64,000 nt of DNA from a virus. Positions 39,585 through 50,510 of the stretch are shown here, piece by piece; the stretch's first letter is position 1; each line of letters opens with the position of its first letter. The notes beneath the pieces were generated by a model. The model was given only the letters and a program-made list of their open reading frames with translations, ran no database searches and was not told the DNA's origin. Location: the IMG/VR virus record IMGVR_UViG_3300030202_003023, positions 1 through 64,000 of that record, one strand, 5' to 3'. Both the position numbers and the translations under genes were made by a program.

Positions 39585-42194
39585 TTAATCTATTTTTAAT
39601 ATACCTGCTAAAAGTAATGTTAAATTCTTTGTTTCATTTACATCATTATAGCCTAATATAGGTCTATTTTTAATTGCACTTGCTAGTTCTTTTTCTGAGT
39701 TAGTTAAAGTAGTACCGCTAAAAAACTTATTTAGTATTTGATAAACTTGCCCTCCGTCAGGGTTACTATCAGTAGGAGGTAAATACATGTTTCTTGTATT
39801 TTCACCTTCTAAAGCTTTTGGTCTGGTATAGCTTAAATTATGTGCAAAAATTCTTGCAAACATGTCTGCATTTTTAGGTTTCATTTGTGCTCCTTTCATG
39901 TCTTTCATTACTTTACCTATTGATACTGGAATTTTTGATTGACTGTAAGTAAACATAGAAGGTGTTGCAGGATTAGAATAAGAAGTATATCCTCTAAAAT
40001 CATTTATTTTAAGCCCTATACCTTTGTTTTCTATCTCTGCACTTTCGTTAGCATCAAATAACCTGTTAAATCCTCTTATATTTAAAACACTTTTACTGTT
40101 ATCTGTTAGAGTTTGTAACCCTTGTATAGCAGAGGCTTCATCATAAGTACCTTGTCCTAAGTATGAATCATATAAATATTTCATCACACCAGATGCTTCA
40201 TTTGAATTTTCTTGTATTTGGTATTTTTTTACAGAGTTTTTAATTAGCGTACCATGTTCTGTGTATTGAGGACTGGTTGTAACTTCTAAAAATTTATCAC
40301 CTTCTACACCTATTCTAGTAGTAAATTTATTTTTATTTGCGACACCTTTTCTAAATGCTTTGTAACCATCATCAGTTGGGGATAACATTACTGGTAACCC
40401 TTCATCACTTATTTCAAATACTGTAAATTCAGCGTCAAAATTATCTCTTCCAAGTACATCACTTATATCATCAGCAGCTTTTGGATCTGTAGGCATCCAA
40501 ACTTTTTGAGGAGTTACAACAGTACCGTCTGAAAGTTCATCTCTTTTTTTAGCTATGTCATAAGCTATATTTTTTATATAGTCTAATGCATCATCTGAAT
40601 AAGCCATGGTTTTATCCACAGCACTGCCTTTTTCATCTACATAAGAATTAAGTACATCTCCAATTGCTCTAGCCACTTTATTAGGCTGTTTAGTATCTAG
40701 TGGTCCTCCATAATGAGGACCCATAGCGTCTGCAATAAACTGCATACCTTCTTTTGATTTAGTATCTATGCCCATTTCGTTCCACCTAAATACTTCAGAA
40801 CTGCCTCTAAATGCAATACCTTCTTCAGTTACTTCAGCAACGTTACCAAACAGTGCGCTTCCAGTAGTAGGAAAGCCGTAATTTTCTGAGCTATCAAATG
40901 TAAGATTATCAAAAAATTCAGTGTTACCTGCACTTGCTTCTTTTTCAATTAACTTATATATGTTATTTTTAACATAGTTCTCAAGTTTTTTTACATTATC
41001 TTTTCCATTTAATTTGATATGATCAAATGCACCATCAAATGCGCCTTCTCTTGCTAAAGTCATTCCTCCTTGTGAAGGTTTTTCTCTAACACTACCGTCT
41101 TTATTAAGTACTGCTTTACCAGTTGTAAGTGCTTTTATCTTGTCTCTAGACCCAGATATAGTTGGATCTTTGTCCATTTTATCATGTATCTGTGCTAGTA
41201 AAGACTGTGCTTGTACAGACGCGTTACCTTTACCTTCTGATGCTAGGTCTATTAAGTCCCAGTAACTAGTGTCTTCAAGAGTTCCTGATTGTGTTCTAGT
41301 TATTACACCATCTTGTGGGTTTTTTGGTTTTCCGCTTAGTTCATTTAATCCTTTATTAAAGCTTATAGTTGATTTATTATGTACTCTTTCTAATCCTGTA
41401 CGCACCATTTGGTCTAATACATATCTAGATCCATCTGTAATAGGTTTACCAAATCTATCTGTAGGAGTTTGTCCAGTTTTAACTAAATAGTCATAGTAGT
41501 CAACATCTTGTTGTCCTGCATTACTAGCTAAATAATCACTAAATCCTAAATTAGCAAGGCTTTGTATTTGAGCTGTATCTATTCCTCCTACTCCAACTTT
41601 CATTATTAGACCTTCTATATTTTTAAAGCCTTCATGGAAACTTGCAGAAGCATTATTGAAAAAAGCTTCTCTTGCTTTACGTCTATCAAGTTCTTTTTCT
41701 ACAAATAAATCTCCTATACTTGATACTTCTCCTGCAGTGTTTGTGTAGTTGCTTATTTGTTGTATTGCAGTTGCATAAGAAGGTGTAAATAGCTCTTTCT
41801 TTTTTCTTAACTCTGCAGCTTCTTCTTTTAATTTTTGTACAGCAGCTAAGTTTTCTCTTGCTATTTTTAATTTTTTATCTTGTTGTATTTTAGTTGCAAA
41901 TCTAAATGCTTCTCTAGCTATACTACTATCTGCAAGGTCTTTACCTAAAGTAGAATCAACAAATTTAGACACGTCTTCTTTTACTGAATCAACGTATTCT
42001 GTATCTCTACCTTTAAGAGCATCTTGATCAAAGCTTCCTAACAAGTCAATGCCAGCTTGTGTTTGGTCATATTGACCTTGTTTAGTTACACCTGCCTTTA
42101 ACAAAAGGTCTATAGGTAAACTTTCGTCTACAAAGTGACTCATTGGAGTACTTTGTCTAGGATTGTAAAAAGGATTTATAGCTCCTGCTCCCAT
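39585..42194 (-). CDS. virion cargo/structural protein (likely start ATG 42194, MGAGAINPFY)
   Basis: Position between the muzzle-adjacent cargo and the giant genes; this start avoids overlap with the upstream gene. Confidence 0.65.
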   Translation of the reverse strand: MGAGAINPFYNPRQSTPMSHFVDESLPIDLLLKAGVTKQGQYDQTQAGIDLLGSFDQDALKGRDTEYVDSVKEDVSKFVDSTLGKDLADSSIAREAFRFATKIQQDKKLKIARENLAAVQKLKEEAAELRKKKELFTPSYATAIQQISNYTNTAGEVSSIGDLFVEKELDRRKAREAFFNNASASFHEGFKNIEGLIMKVGVGGIDTAQIQSLANLGFSDYLASNAGQQDVDYYDYLVKTGQTPTDRFGKPITDGSRYVLDQMVRTGLERVHNKSTISFNKGLNELSGKPKNPQDGVITRTQSGTLEDTSYWDLIDLASEGKGNASVQAQSLLAQIHDKMDKDPTISGSRDKIKALTTGKAVLNKDGSVREKPSQGGMTLAREGAFDGAFDHIKLNGKDNVKKLENYVKNNIYKLIEKEASAGNTEFFDNLTFDSSENYGFPTTGSALFGNVAEVTEEGIAFRGSSEVFRWNEMGIDTKSKEGMQFIADAMGPHYGGPLDTKQPNKVARAIGDVLNSYVDEKGSAVDKTMAYSDDALDYIKNIAYDIAKKRDELSDGTVVTPQKVWMPTDPKAADDISDVLGRDNFDAEFTVFEISDEGLPVMLSPTDDGYKAFRKGVANKNKFTTRIGVEGDKFLEVTTSPQYTEHGTLIKNSVKKYQIQENSNEASGVMKYLYDSYLGQGTYDEASAIQGLQTLTDNSKSVLNIRGFNRLFDANESAEIENKGIGLKINDFRGYTSYSNPATPSMFTYSQSKIPVSIGKVMKDMKGAQMKPKNADMFARIFAHNLSYTRPKALEGENTRNMYLPPTDSNPDGGQVYQILNKFFSGTTLTNSEKELASAIKNRPILGYNDVNETKNLTLLLAGILKID

Positions 42195-42207
42195 AATTTT
42201 TTTTATT

Positions 42208-45200
42208 TTATCCAGTTGTTTTAAATCTAATCTTACCAGTTTTGTCATACTCGTAATTACTTAGAATATTATTAATGGCCTCAAGCTGTATGTCATTTAG
42301 CTTATCAACTTGGTTACTCATTCTTGTATCTTTTAATGCTCCTGCAGCATTTCTACCTAATCCAGCTAATCCAGAAGCAATAGCTTCTTGTGCTTTGGCG
42401 TCTGCCATTAGACCAAGTTCTGTTTCTTTATTGTCAACTCCAATGTTATATTGTTTAGCTTGATTAGCTATTTGAGTATTTGTAGTTTCTTCATCTACAG
42501 CAGATTGTCTTAGTATATTACCTAAATTTTGATCAATTGCTGCTGTACCTGCAGTCATTCCAGCTAATGCTGCTCCTGAACTCTGTGCTGTATTTCTAAC
42601 ATTTTCACGTTGTGTAGCTTGTGAATTAGCAGCATTTACTCTAGCAATGTTTCTTTGCTCTTCTAAACTAATAAAGTCTGGATTAAATTTAGCTAAATTA
42701 ATGTCTTCAGGTCCTCTAATACCTTGATATAAATTGTACAAATCTGGAGCAGAATTAGCAAAAGATCCAAAATATATTTGTGCGTTTCTTTTTCTTATGT
42801 CTGCTTCTTTTTGCCTTTCATTTTCTGCATCTAATAAAGCTTGTTTTCTAGCAGCATCGTCTGCTGCAGCTTGTCTTAGTTCTCTAGCATAAGATGTATT
42901 AGCTGCATTAGGGTCTGATACCTTTGTTGTTGGTGCAAAAACACCAGTAGTGTTTGCTGCAGTTCCTTTTATAGCATCAAAGTCTTTATATTTATCATAC
43001 GCTGCAGAGTATTCTGCTCCAAACCTGTCATCTAATCCGTATTTACTAAACATTCCAGGATCTGTTTTATAAGCGTGGTCAATTACTTGTTTAAGACGTA
43101 CTTGTGATACTGGAGGTAAAGTATATCCTTGTGCTGGAGTAATTCCTCCAATATTGTAAGATATTTTACCACCGTTTTTATATAACATTCCACCATTTTT
43201 TTGCGGCATCATTGATTGAGGCTGTTGCATTATAGACGGGTCCATTGTTCCTGCTCCCATATCTGCTTGTGGCATCATAGGATCTGTCATTGGCGTTTGC
43301 ATAGGACCTTGCGGTGCAGCTCCTTGTGGATTTAATTCATCCATTTTTGCTTGCAACATAGCCATCTTAGTTTCTTTTTGCTCCTCTTGTTGATTAGCAA
43401 GTGCGTATAGCTCTTGGTTCATTGCTCTTTTAGCAGCAGCGTCACCTTCTCTATCTTTGTATTTCTTTTTAACTTTCTTAGATATGTCTGCAAAGGTTTT
43501 TCCTTTTTTACCTTTAGGTCCAAATCTGTCTGAAAAAACAAACTTACCACCTTCTACTAAATCCATAACAGTTTCACCTTCTTCTACTGAAGCGCCTGGT
43601 CCTATAGGTACTCCCCCCATTGGGTTTTGTTCATGTGTTCCTCCGTTTTCAATAGCCGTAAAACCACCACTAGCCATACTTTTTATTTTTCTTTCTTGTG
43701 CTAACATTTCAGCCGTAGGTTCATTTCCAGACCCTGCGTTTGCTCTAATGTTATCCCACATCCCTCTTGGAGAATAAGAACCATCAGCTCTTTTTATCAT
43801 ACCGCCATTTTTCATTTGCTCATGCCCATAACCTTGTTCTTTAAGACTAAGGTGTGTTTCATAGTCATTAGCCATAACCATTTGACCGTCTTTGTACATA
43901 GGATGAGGTTTAAACCCTCCTTGCGCCATTTGTATTAATCCACCATACTGTCTTGTAAAATCTAATTGATTACCAGTATTAAAAGTATTTTGTATGTTGC
44001 CCATATTACTTAAATCTGTTGTTCCTGCTTGTTGCGGAGAAGTTATAATATTCTGTCCTGTATTACCTAAGTTAGTTGATGTCTCTTGAACTACACCAGG
44101 AGTTTCTCCAAGTCCTGCACCTGGACCTTCTGACATTGAAGCATTCATTCCTTCAGTTCCTGTAGGTTTCTTTATACTATTATAACCTAATCCTCCTAAC
44201 ATACCTGCAGCATCAGCGCCCATTTTTAATCTTACTTTTCCTTCACCACTAAGTTCACTACCGTGTGCAATACCTTCACCTAATCCACTAGAAATACTAC
44301 CTATACTATTACCTAATGTTGCTCCACCAGTTGCAACAGCTGAAACAATACCTGCAGCTGCTTGTCCATATCCCATCAAACTTCTTTCTTCTTCTGAAAT
44401 ATCTTTGTCTAAAGCACCATGTAATGAGTCTATTCCCATATTAACAACGTTACTTATTGCTGGAGGTGTAAAAGCACTAACACCACCTTTAATTGCACCT
44501 ACACTAGCTGCTCCAACTTTACTAAGTACTGTACCACCTTTATCCATCTGTTGTCTTTGTGCATTCATCAAAGCAACATATCTATTGAAATCCATGTTTT
44601 GCATATCTGTATCTTTTACAGTACCACCATAGGCTCTTTTATAAGGTACTTCGTTATATTGTAGATTTTTATATTGATCTGTTTGTAGCATGTAATCTTT
44701 AATACCATGTGGTCTACCTTGAAAATCTATATAAAAATATTCTGTAGGCCCAGGAGCACCAACAACTCTTTTAATAGAATTAGGAGTACCTGATCCTGTA
44801 GCTTGTGGTTGTGTTTGTGCTTGTGCTTGTGTAACTGGTTGTGTAGGCTGTATAGCTGGTTGTATAACTGGCTCTTTAATAACTTGGTCAACTACTTTTT
44901 CTTCTTCTTTCTCTTCTTTCTCTTCTTTATTGTATTCTTCCCAAGCGGTTTGTGAGTTTTTACCCCATATACCATCTAAAGTTCCATCATATAAACCTGC
45001 ATCTTTAAGTTTCTTTTGTTTTTCTACTATTTCAGGTGGTGCGTATTTAAATTTTTTTGTAGGTTCATCGTATTTAGGTAACATTACACCAGTCTCACTT
45101 CTCTTTACATATCTATCACCTTCTAAAGTTGTAGTAGGCTCTTCTATTTGTAAATTATGCTCAACGTCAGGAAGTATATTGTATTTAGCATTTAAGCTGT

Positions 45201-45882
45201 CAATTTCTGCTTGTATAGCTGCACCTTTTTCAGGAGTTATTTTGTTTCCTGGATTATAATTATCGTATGTTTTACTCCAATCAGACAAAGCTTTTTTTGC
45301 CTGATAGTTTTTTAATCTTGGATCATTAGGGTCAGTAACATATACTGTACCATCAGGTCCAATTTCTCCTCCAGGACCAAAAGCTATTCTAGGTGTAGAT
45401 AGTCCTTGTGCAGTTATAGGGTCTATGAAGTTATCAATAGTTCCACCCTGCGCCAAGTAAAGATTATCATATAAAGACGCGGTGTTATAAGGTTCAAATT
45501 TTGATATATCAGGCTTTTCATTAAAAGTGTAAATTTTACCTGTAGTCTTGTCTCTGTAAGGAGAATAGCCTGCTTGCATGTCACCTTCAATGGCCATTCT
45601 AAATGTAGGGTGATTTTCTTTTTTTAATATTTCTCCTGTTTGAGGGTTTCTACTAAAAGCGTGGTAATAACCATCAGATTCTTTAGGTTGTGAGTAATCA
45701 AATTGTGACGGCTTACCTAAAGATTCCCAATAACCTCTTAGGTTATAAGTTGAAGTATCTGTACCTCTTAAATTAGACGGTAATGTTTTTACAAAAGTGT
45801 TGTAAGCATTATCATCAGGAGACACAGCTCCACCATTACCATAATATTTTTTCTTAGTTTTTTTCATTTTTATTTTTTTCAT
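42208..45882 (-). CDS. virion cargo protein with peptidoglycan-binding-like motif and repeated xxGG motifs (start 45882 or 45867)
   Basis: GGTHEQNPMGG...VEEGET...VFSDR...TFA core; LYDGTLDGIWGKNS PG-binding-like motif; Gly/Ala-rich hydrophobic segments. Confidence 0.7.
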   Translation of the reverse strand: MKKIKMKKTKKKYYGNGGAVSPDDNAYNTFVKTLPSNLRGTDTSTYNLRGYWESLGKPSQFDYSQPKESDGYYHAFSRNPQTGEILKKENHPTFRMAIEGDMQAGYSPYRDKTTGKIYTFNEKPDISKFEPYNTASLYDNLYLAQGGTIDNFIDPITAQGLSTPRIAFGPGGEIGPDGTVYVTDPNDPRLKNYQAKKALSDWSKTYDNYNPGNKITPEKGAAIQAEIDSLNAKYNILPDVEHNLQIEEPTTTLEGDRYVKRSETGVMLPKYDEPTKKFKYAPPEIVEKQKKLKDAGLYDGTLDGIWGKNSQTAWEEYNKEEKEEKEEEKVVDQVIKEPVIQPAIQPTQPVTQAQAQTQPQATGSGTPNSIKRVVGAPGPTEYFYIDFQGRPHGIKDYMLQTDQYKNLQYNEVPYKRAYGGTVKDTDMQNMDFNRYVALMNAQRQQMDKGGTVLSKVGAASVGAIKGGVSAFTPPAISNVVNMGIDSLHGALDKDISEEERSLMGYGQAAAGIVSAVATGGATLGNSIGSISSGLGEGIAHGSELSGEGKVRLKMGADAAGMLGGLGYNSIKKPTGTEGMNASMSEGPGAGLGETPGVVQETSTNLGNTGQNIITSPQQAGTTDLSNMGNIQNTFNTGNQLDFTRQYGGLIQMAQGGFKPHPMYKDGQMVMANDYETHLSLKEQGYGHEQMKNGGMIKRADGSYSPRGMWDNIRANAGSGNEPTAEMLAQERKIKSMASGGFTAIENGGTHEQNPMGGVPIGPGASVEEGETVMDLVEGGKFVFSDRFGPKGKKGKTFADISKKVKKKYKDREGDAAAKRAMNQELYALANQQEEQKETKMAMLQAKMDELNPQGAAPQGPMQTPMTDPMMPQADMGAGTMDPSIMQQPQSMMPQKNGGMLYKNGGKISYNIGGITPAQGYTLPPVSQVRLKQVIDHAYKTDPGMFSKYGLDDRFGAEYSAAYDKYKDFDAIKGTAANTTGVFAPTTKVSDPNAANTSYARELRQAAADDAARKQALLDAENERQKEADIRKRNAQIYFGSFANSAPDLYNLYQGIRGPEDINLAKFNPDFISLEEQRNIARVNAANSQATQRENVRNTAQSSGAALAGMTAGTAAIDQNLGNILRQSAVDEETTNTQIANQAKQYNIGVDNKETELGLMADAKAQEAIASGLAGLGRNAAGALKDTRMSNQVDKLNDIQLEAINNILSNYEYDKTGKIRFKTTG

Positions 45883-46105
45883 TTTTTTCTTTAGATTCAG
45901 ATGAACCAAAGAAATAATTAATGACTGAAACTAATCCTGATCCTACTATAACTCCTAGTACCATGTCTACAATTCTTTGATTGCCAACTGGTATCTCTAC
46001 AAAAAACAGCAAAAGCACCACTAGGGCGCTAAATAAGAATACTGCCATTGCAAGTAAATGAATAAACTGTTTAAACGGTCCTTGCATAGTAATAAAGGTT
46101 AACAC
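45854..46105 (-). CDS. small two-TM membrane protein (holin-like)
   Basis: Two hydrophobic helices, YFFGSS motif, charged C-terminal tail. Confidence 0.6.
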   Translation of the reverse strand: MLTFITMQGPFKQFIHLLAMAVFLFSALVVLLLFFVEIPVGNQRIVDMVLGVIVGSGLVSVINYFFGSSESKEKNEKNKNEKN

Positions 46106-46170
46106 ACTAATTTAATTACCTAAGCCTTAAGTAACAAGCTTTTACAGGACTTTCTGTTAAATTAACATAC

Positions 46171-49100
46171 TTAGTCTCTTGCTGGAGTATATGATACCAT
46201 TATATCATGTAATACGAGGCGTTTGTTAGTATTGTTACTGTATGATAGTTTCATATATACACTGTAATCTCTAATTCTTGCTTTACTGCTAGAACTATTT
46301 GTGTCTCTACCTATTACATGTCTCCAGTGTCTTATTCTTCTCTTTATATTCGTACCTACTATAAGCGGTATGTTACCAGTAGTTTGATAGTCATTCCAAA
46401 CTTCTAGTTCTGTCAGAGTCTCACTAGGTTGTTGTACATCATTTAATGATATTTCTGAATTGTATTCTATGTTTGTAAATATCTTTGGAATATTTGCATT
46501 AGGAGCAACTAACAATGTAATGTGAGATTTATAAGTTGTACCATAGAATTGTCCGTATATACCTTCATTGTGTACATAGCTTTTATCTTGAAAGTTAGGG
46601 TCTGTAGATATTATTCTTCTACCTGTGTTTAAATACATGTTAGGTACAAAAGAATAAAAAGATTCAAATGCTCCCATCATTTCATTGTAGCTTACAGTAA
46701 AATTAGATACTCCTGTTTTAGGATTAAGGAATGTAAATAAAGCTCTGTTATTTCTATGATCAAATGTACTGTGTACACCTGTAGGAGATACTTCTCTTAA
46801 TGTTTTATCTACTTCAATTATTTCACCATCAACATTATCAGCAAAGAAATTAGATAACCCTTTTAAATCACTAATTGGCTCTTGGCCATTAGGACTCATT
46901 TTATACAGCTTTCTAAGTGTTGCGTCATAATGATATAAAGAACCTGTAGAAGCTACAACACTAAATTGGTGTCTAGTACCTGTTGCAGTAGATACGTATC
47001 TAAAATCTTGTAATACATCTCCAGTACCTAGTGTAACTTGTACACCGCTATTGTCTGTAATAACAGATCTTTCATTTATAGCAGCTATTCCAAATGCTCT
47101 ATCTTGGTAGTAGAACAGTTTGTCTTGGAAGTTTATTACTTTATTAATTGGACCATAAGAACCTTCAACATCTAATATATTAGCAACTTTAAAATTTCTC
47201 CAAGCATCTACTGGTTCTCCATCTATTTTTTCTTCTGATGCCCACAGTCTATGTGGAAATTCTTCAGAGAAATCAGCTGCAAAATCTTTTGCAAAAAACT
47301 TATCTTCTGAATTATTTTGTTGGCTATATATTTGATCAACATTATATGATTCACCTACCCAATCACCTGGCTTTGAACCATTCCTGTCTTTTAAAAAGTA
47401 TTTTCCACTACCTAAGTTTATATTTATATAAGACTCTACAGGAACAATTGCTGTTACTCCTAGCCTTTTTTCCTTGCTGTCTATATCCTCATATTCTCCT
47501 GCAGGGTTCTGTGATGTAAGGTTGTAATACTGGTCTATATAAGTTCTCCCCCAGTAAGCTACATAAGTATCTCCTCCAAAAATTCTAGGAGAAATCTCTT
47601 GTCCATTATTTGTTGCACTTAAAACAGCGCTTGTTATTGGTTGAAAATGTCCTGTAGACATATACTGCTGTTTACTTCTAGCTTCATAGCTGTCTCCTCC
47701 GTATTGTCGTACTAAAGGTCTTGACCAAGCCACTTCTTTGTATTTAAATGTATCAATACTGTTATTTTCTAAATAAACAACACCGTTATCCCATAATCTA
47801 AATCGTTGTTCATTTTCTATTACATTATTATTCCAGTCCATGTCTTTTGGCTCTGTAAATTTAGTTGTAATAACATCTGTACTGTCTTCTAATGTCATTA
47901 AGTAAATATTATTACCTATACCAAAAGGTTGTCCAGGTATTCCTTTATTTATTTCAGTGGTATAACTATACGTAGTATTTACAAAATCAGCTTCAGGATC
48001 TATATTTTGTTTGTTACTTTCCCACTTTTTAGGAATATCATCATCATAAGTACTGTCAGGAATAAAAGAATCATTTGTATTAAGGCGTACACCGTTTCCT
48101 ATATACTTTGTTTTATCTATTTTAAAGTATTCTGGATTGTGTGCAGGTAATTCAAAAGCTCTTGAATAGTACGCCCAAGAACTTGTAAATTGTTTTTTAC
48201 CGTCCAATTCTTGGTATTGTACTAATGCTGTAGTATAGTAACCATTAGTTTTTATATAATCACCTTCTTTAGCTACAAATTGGTTTGTGTCTTTATATAT
48301 AGTAAGCGGAGATATAAATATGGTAAAGTTTTTAGTTTCTGGTTTTTTTAAATGTACTCCTTTGTAACCATTATGGTTAACTCTGTTAAATCCAGGAAAA
48401 TCAGGTAAGTGGAATCTGTTTGCTTTTCTTCCTTGCATACCATTAATATTAAGTTTATTAATACCAGTTTCCATAGCAATGTTTGTTTTTGATACTGCTT
48501 CTGCTAAACTATTTACATATTTATAGTTTTTCCCATACCCAGATCCTCCAGGTCCACTTTTAGTATCATTGTCTCCTCTTCTTCTGTTTGCTATTAAAAG
48601 AAACCCTGTACCTAGTTTAGTCATTTCACTTATAGGTCTTTCTGCTCGTAATATTCTAAACCCTCCTATTTTATCTTTTATGTCACTTATATCAATAGTA
48701 AATTGTATTCCTATACTTCTAACGTATAGCTTTCCACTATACGTATTTGTAGGAGCAGTTACTGCAAATTCAGGATCATCTGCAGCTTCAGGAAACTTAA
48801 TGTCTCCAATCCACTTAACAAAAGTTGTATGCCCTTTCTTTAAATAAAACTCTATACCAAACCTATAAACTTCTCCTCTAGTGTATCCAGTGTAAAGTGT
48901 TTCTACATAAGGATCTGAAAAATTAGGAAACACGTTTGTATATTGTAAGGTTAAAGGATTACCATTAGGTGAAAACATCCCTGTATTTTCTGTAATATTT
49001 GCTCTATCTACATTAACAAAAGGTGCTCTTTGTCTACTAGAACGCTGGTCTGAGCCTCCAAATGTACCGTCTTTATCTACTTCTAAATCTTTGTATACAA

Positions 49101-50499
49101 ATGTATAAGATATGTTTTTACCTTCTCCACCAAGTGTAACACCATCTGTTTTATATTTAAATTGCTGATTTACACTCCAATCAGAAGTTCCTGTTGCAGT
49201 TGTATCTACTCTTCCTGTTTGTGTTTCCTCGTGATTAAAAAGGTTTATAGCATCTGCATCTTCTGGAATACTGTCATAATTAGGTCCTGTAGGATAAGTG
49301 TCGCTATACAATGTTTTGTGTAACGCCCCACTTGCATCATATAGATCAGCTGTAATAAAACCAGTAGCATCGTCTTTCATAAACCTATATGCTCTTGCAT
49401 CCCATTCACTTGTAGGTATTTCTATAGAAGCTGTAGATATATTACCTATAACAAGCCTGTTTCCTTTTGCAGCAAGTGTTTTACATCTCTCAAATCCTCC
49501 CATAGTAGCGGAAAATTCTGGTTCTGTTAGCTGTATTCTAGGCTCATTTCCAGACAATGTTATAGACATCTCATCACTTGTAATACCATCTTCTCCAAAT
49601 TTAAAAATAGTAGGAGCGTCTTTTACTGTGTACAAAATTGCAATATGGTGTATTATTTCATAGCTAGTATCTATACCTTTTAAATTAAAAGTAACAGATC
49701 TTGTATTTTCAGAATCAGCTGCACTTCCAACAACATCAATATAATTAGCTTCTGAACTTGAGTCTGTTCCGTTTAATGTAACTAACTGACTAGTAGGAGA
49801 CATTATTGTTTGTGCTCCATTTTCAGATACTAATCTGTAAGCGTATTGTACTTTACCTCCTGCTGGAAGACTTCCTCCAAATCCTATTTCTTCTACTGTA
49901 GGCTGACAAAACACTAGATTAGGTGTAATGTCTATATCTCCTGGAGTTATTTTAAAAGAGTTTGGATCTAGTATATTAATTGATCTAAGAGGATTAAAGT
50001 TATCTGTCCAATATACATGTATTTTTGAATTGTTTTCATACCTACCTTCTGCTTCTATTCTGTGATTAATAGACAGTCCTATACTGTTGTTGTAGATTAG
50101 ATGATCATCAACATTTAAAGAAGCTCCCCCTCCTGTAGTAATAATAGTGTCTGTTTTTTCTTCATATTGGAATCTCCATATTTGTCCTACTCCTCCACCT
50201 AATGTAGTTGTAAACAGTACTACATAGTTAGAAACAGTGCACCATCCTATAATTCTAAGATTTGTTTGTTCTGGTACAGTTTCAGAATTACCGTTAATGT
50301 ACTCATAAGTAGTTTCTGGTATATTAGGTATTGTAAAAGACAGCTTATTACCTTTCTCTGTTTCTACAGAACCTGTAGACAGCCCTCCATTAGTAATAAC
50401 TTTAATGTTTAAAGCATCATAATAATTACTAGGGTCATACTTAGACCTACTATTATCTTTATTTAAACCTTTTATATATGTATTTACTGATTTAGGCAT
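46171..50499 (-). CDS. tail muzzle / tail stabilisation protein (crAss-like), 1442 aa
   Basis: GLNKD...YYDALN start, YWTDNFNPLR, GEVYRFGI, FGGDTY, YGPIN, FESFYSF; follows a ring protein gene. Confidence 0.85.
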   Translation of the reverse strand: MPKSVNTYIKGLNKDNSRSKYDPSNYYDALNIKVITNGGLSTGSVETEKGNKLSFTIPNIPETTYEYINGNSETVPEQTNLRIIGWCTVSNYVVLFTTTLGGGVGQIWRFQYEEKTDTIITTGGGASLNVDDHLIYNNSIGLSINHRIEAEGRYENNSKIHVYWTDNFNPLRSINILDPNSFKITPGDIDITPNLVFCQPTVEEIGFGGSLPAGGKVQYAYRLVSENGAQTIMSPTSQLVTLNGTDSSSEANYIDVVGSAADSENTRSVTFNLKGIDTSYEIIHHIAILYTVKDAPTIFKFGEDGITSDEMSITLSGNEPRIQLTEPEFSATMGGFERCKTLAAKGNRLVIGNISTASIEIPTSEWDARAYRFMKDDATGFITADLYDASGALHKTLYSDTYPTGPNYDSIPEDADAINLFNHEETQTGRVDTTATGTSDWSVNQQFKYKTDGVTLGGEGKNISYTFVYKDLEVDKDGTFGGSDQRSSRQRAPFVNVDRANITENTGMFSPNGNPLTLQYTNVFPNFSDPYVETLYTGYTRGEVYRFGIEFYLKKGHTTFVKWIGDIKFPEAADDPEFAVTAPTNTYSGKLYVRSIGIQFTIDISDIKDKIGGFRILRAERPISEMTKLGTGFLLIANRRRGDNDTKSGPGGSGYGKNYKYVNSLAEAVSKTNIAMETGINKLNINGMQGRKANRFHLPDFPGFNRVNHNGYKGVHLKKPETKNFTIFISPLTIYKDTNQFVAKEGDYIKTNGYYTTALVQYQELDGKKQFTSSWAYYSRAFELPAHNPEYFKIDKTKYIGNGVRLNTNDSFIPDSTYDDDIPKKWESNKQNIDPEADFVNTTYSYTTEINKGIPGQPFGIGNNIYLMTLEDSTDVITTKFTEPKDMDWNNNVIENEQRFRLWDNGVVYLENNSIDTFKYKEVAWSRPLVRQYGGDSYEARSKQQYMSTGHFQPITSAVLSATNNGQEISPRIFGGDTYVAYWGRTYIDQYYNLTSQNPAGEYEDIDSKEKRLGVTAIVPVESYININLGSGKYFLKDRNGSKPGDWVGESYNVDQIYSQQNNSEDKFFAKDFAADFSEEFPHRLWASEEKIDGEPVDAWRNFKVANILDVEGSYGPINKVINFQDKLFYYQDRAFGIAAINERSVITDNSGVQVTLGTGDVLQDFRYVSTATGTRHQFSVVASTGSLYHYDATLRKLYKMSPNGQEPISDLKGLSNFFADNVDGEIIEVDKTLREVSPTGVHSTFDHRNNRALFTFLNPKTGVSNFTVSYNEMMGAFESFYSFVPNMYLNTGRRIISTDPNFQDKSYVHNEGIYGQFYGTTYKSHITLLVAPNANIPKIFTNIEYNSEISLNDVQQPSETLTELEVWNDYQTTGNIPLIVGTNIKRRIRHWRHVIGRDTNSSSSKARIRDYSVYMKLSYSNNTNKRLVLHDIMVSYTPARD

Positions 50500-50510
50500 T
50501 TTCCTTAGTT

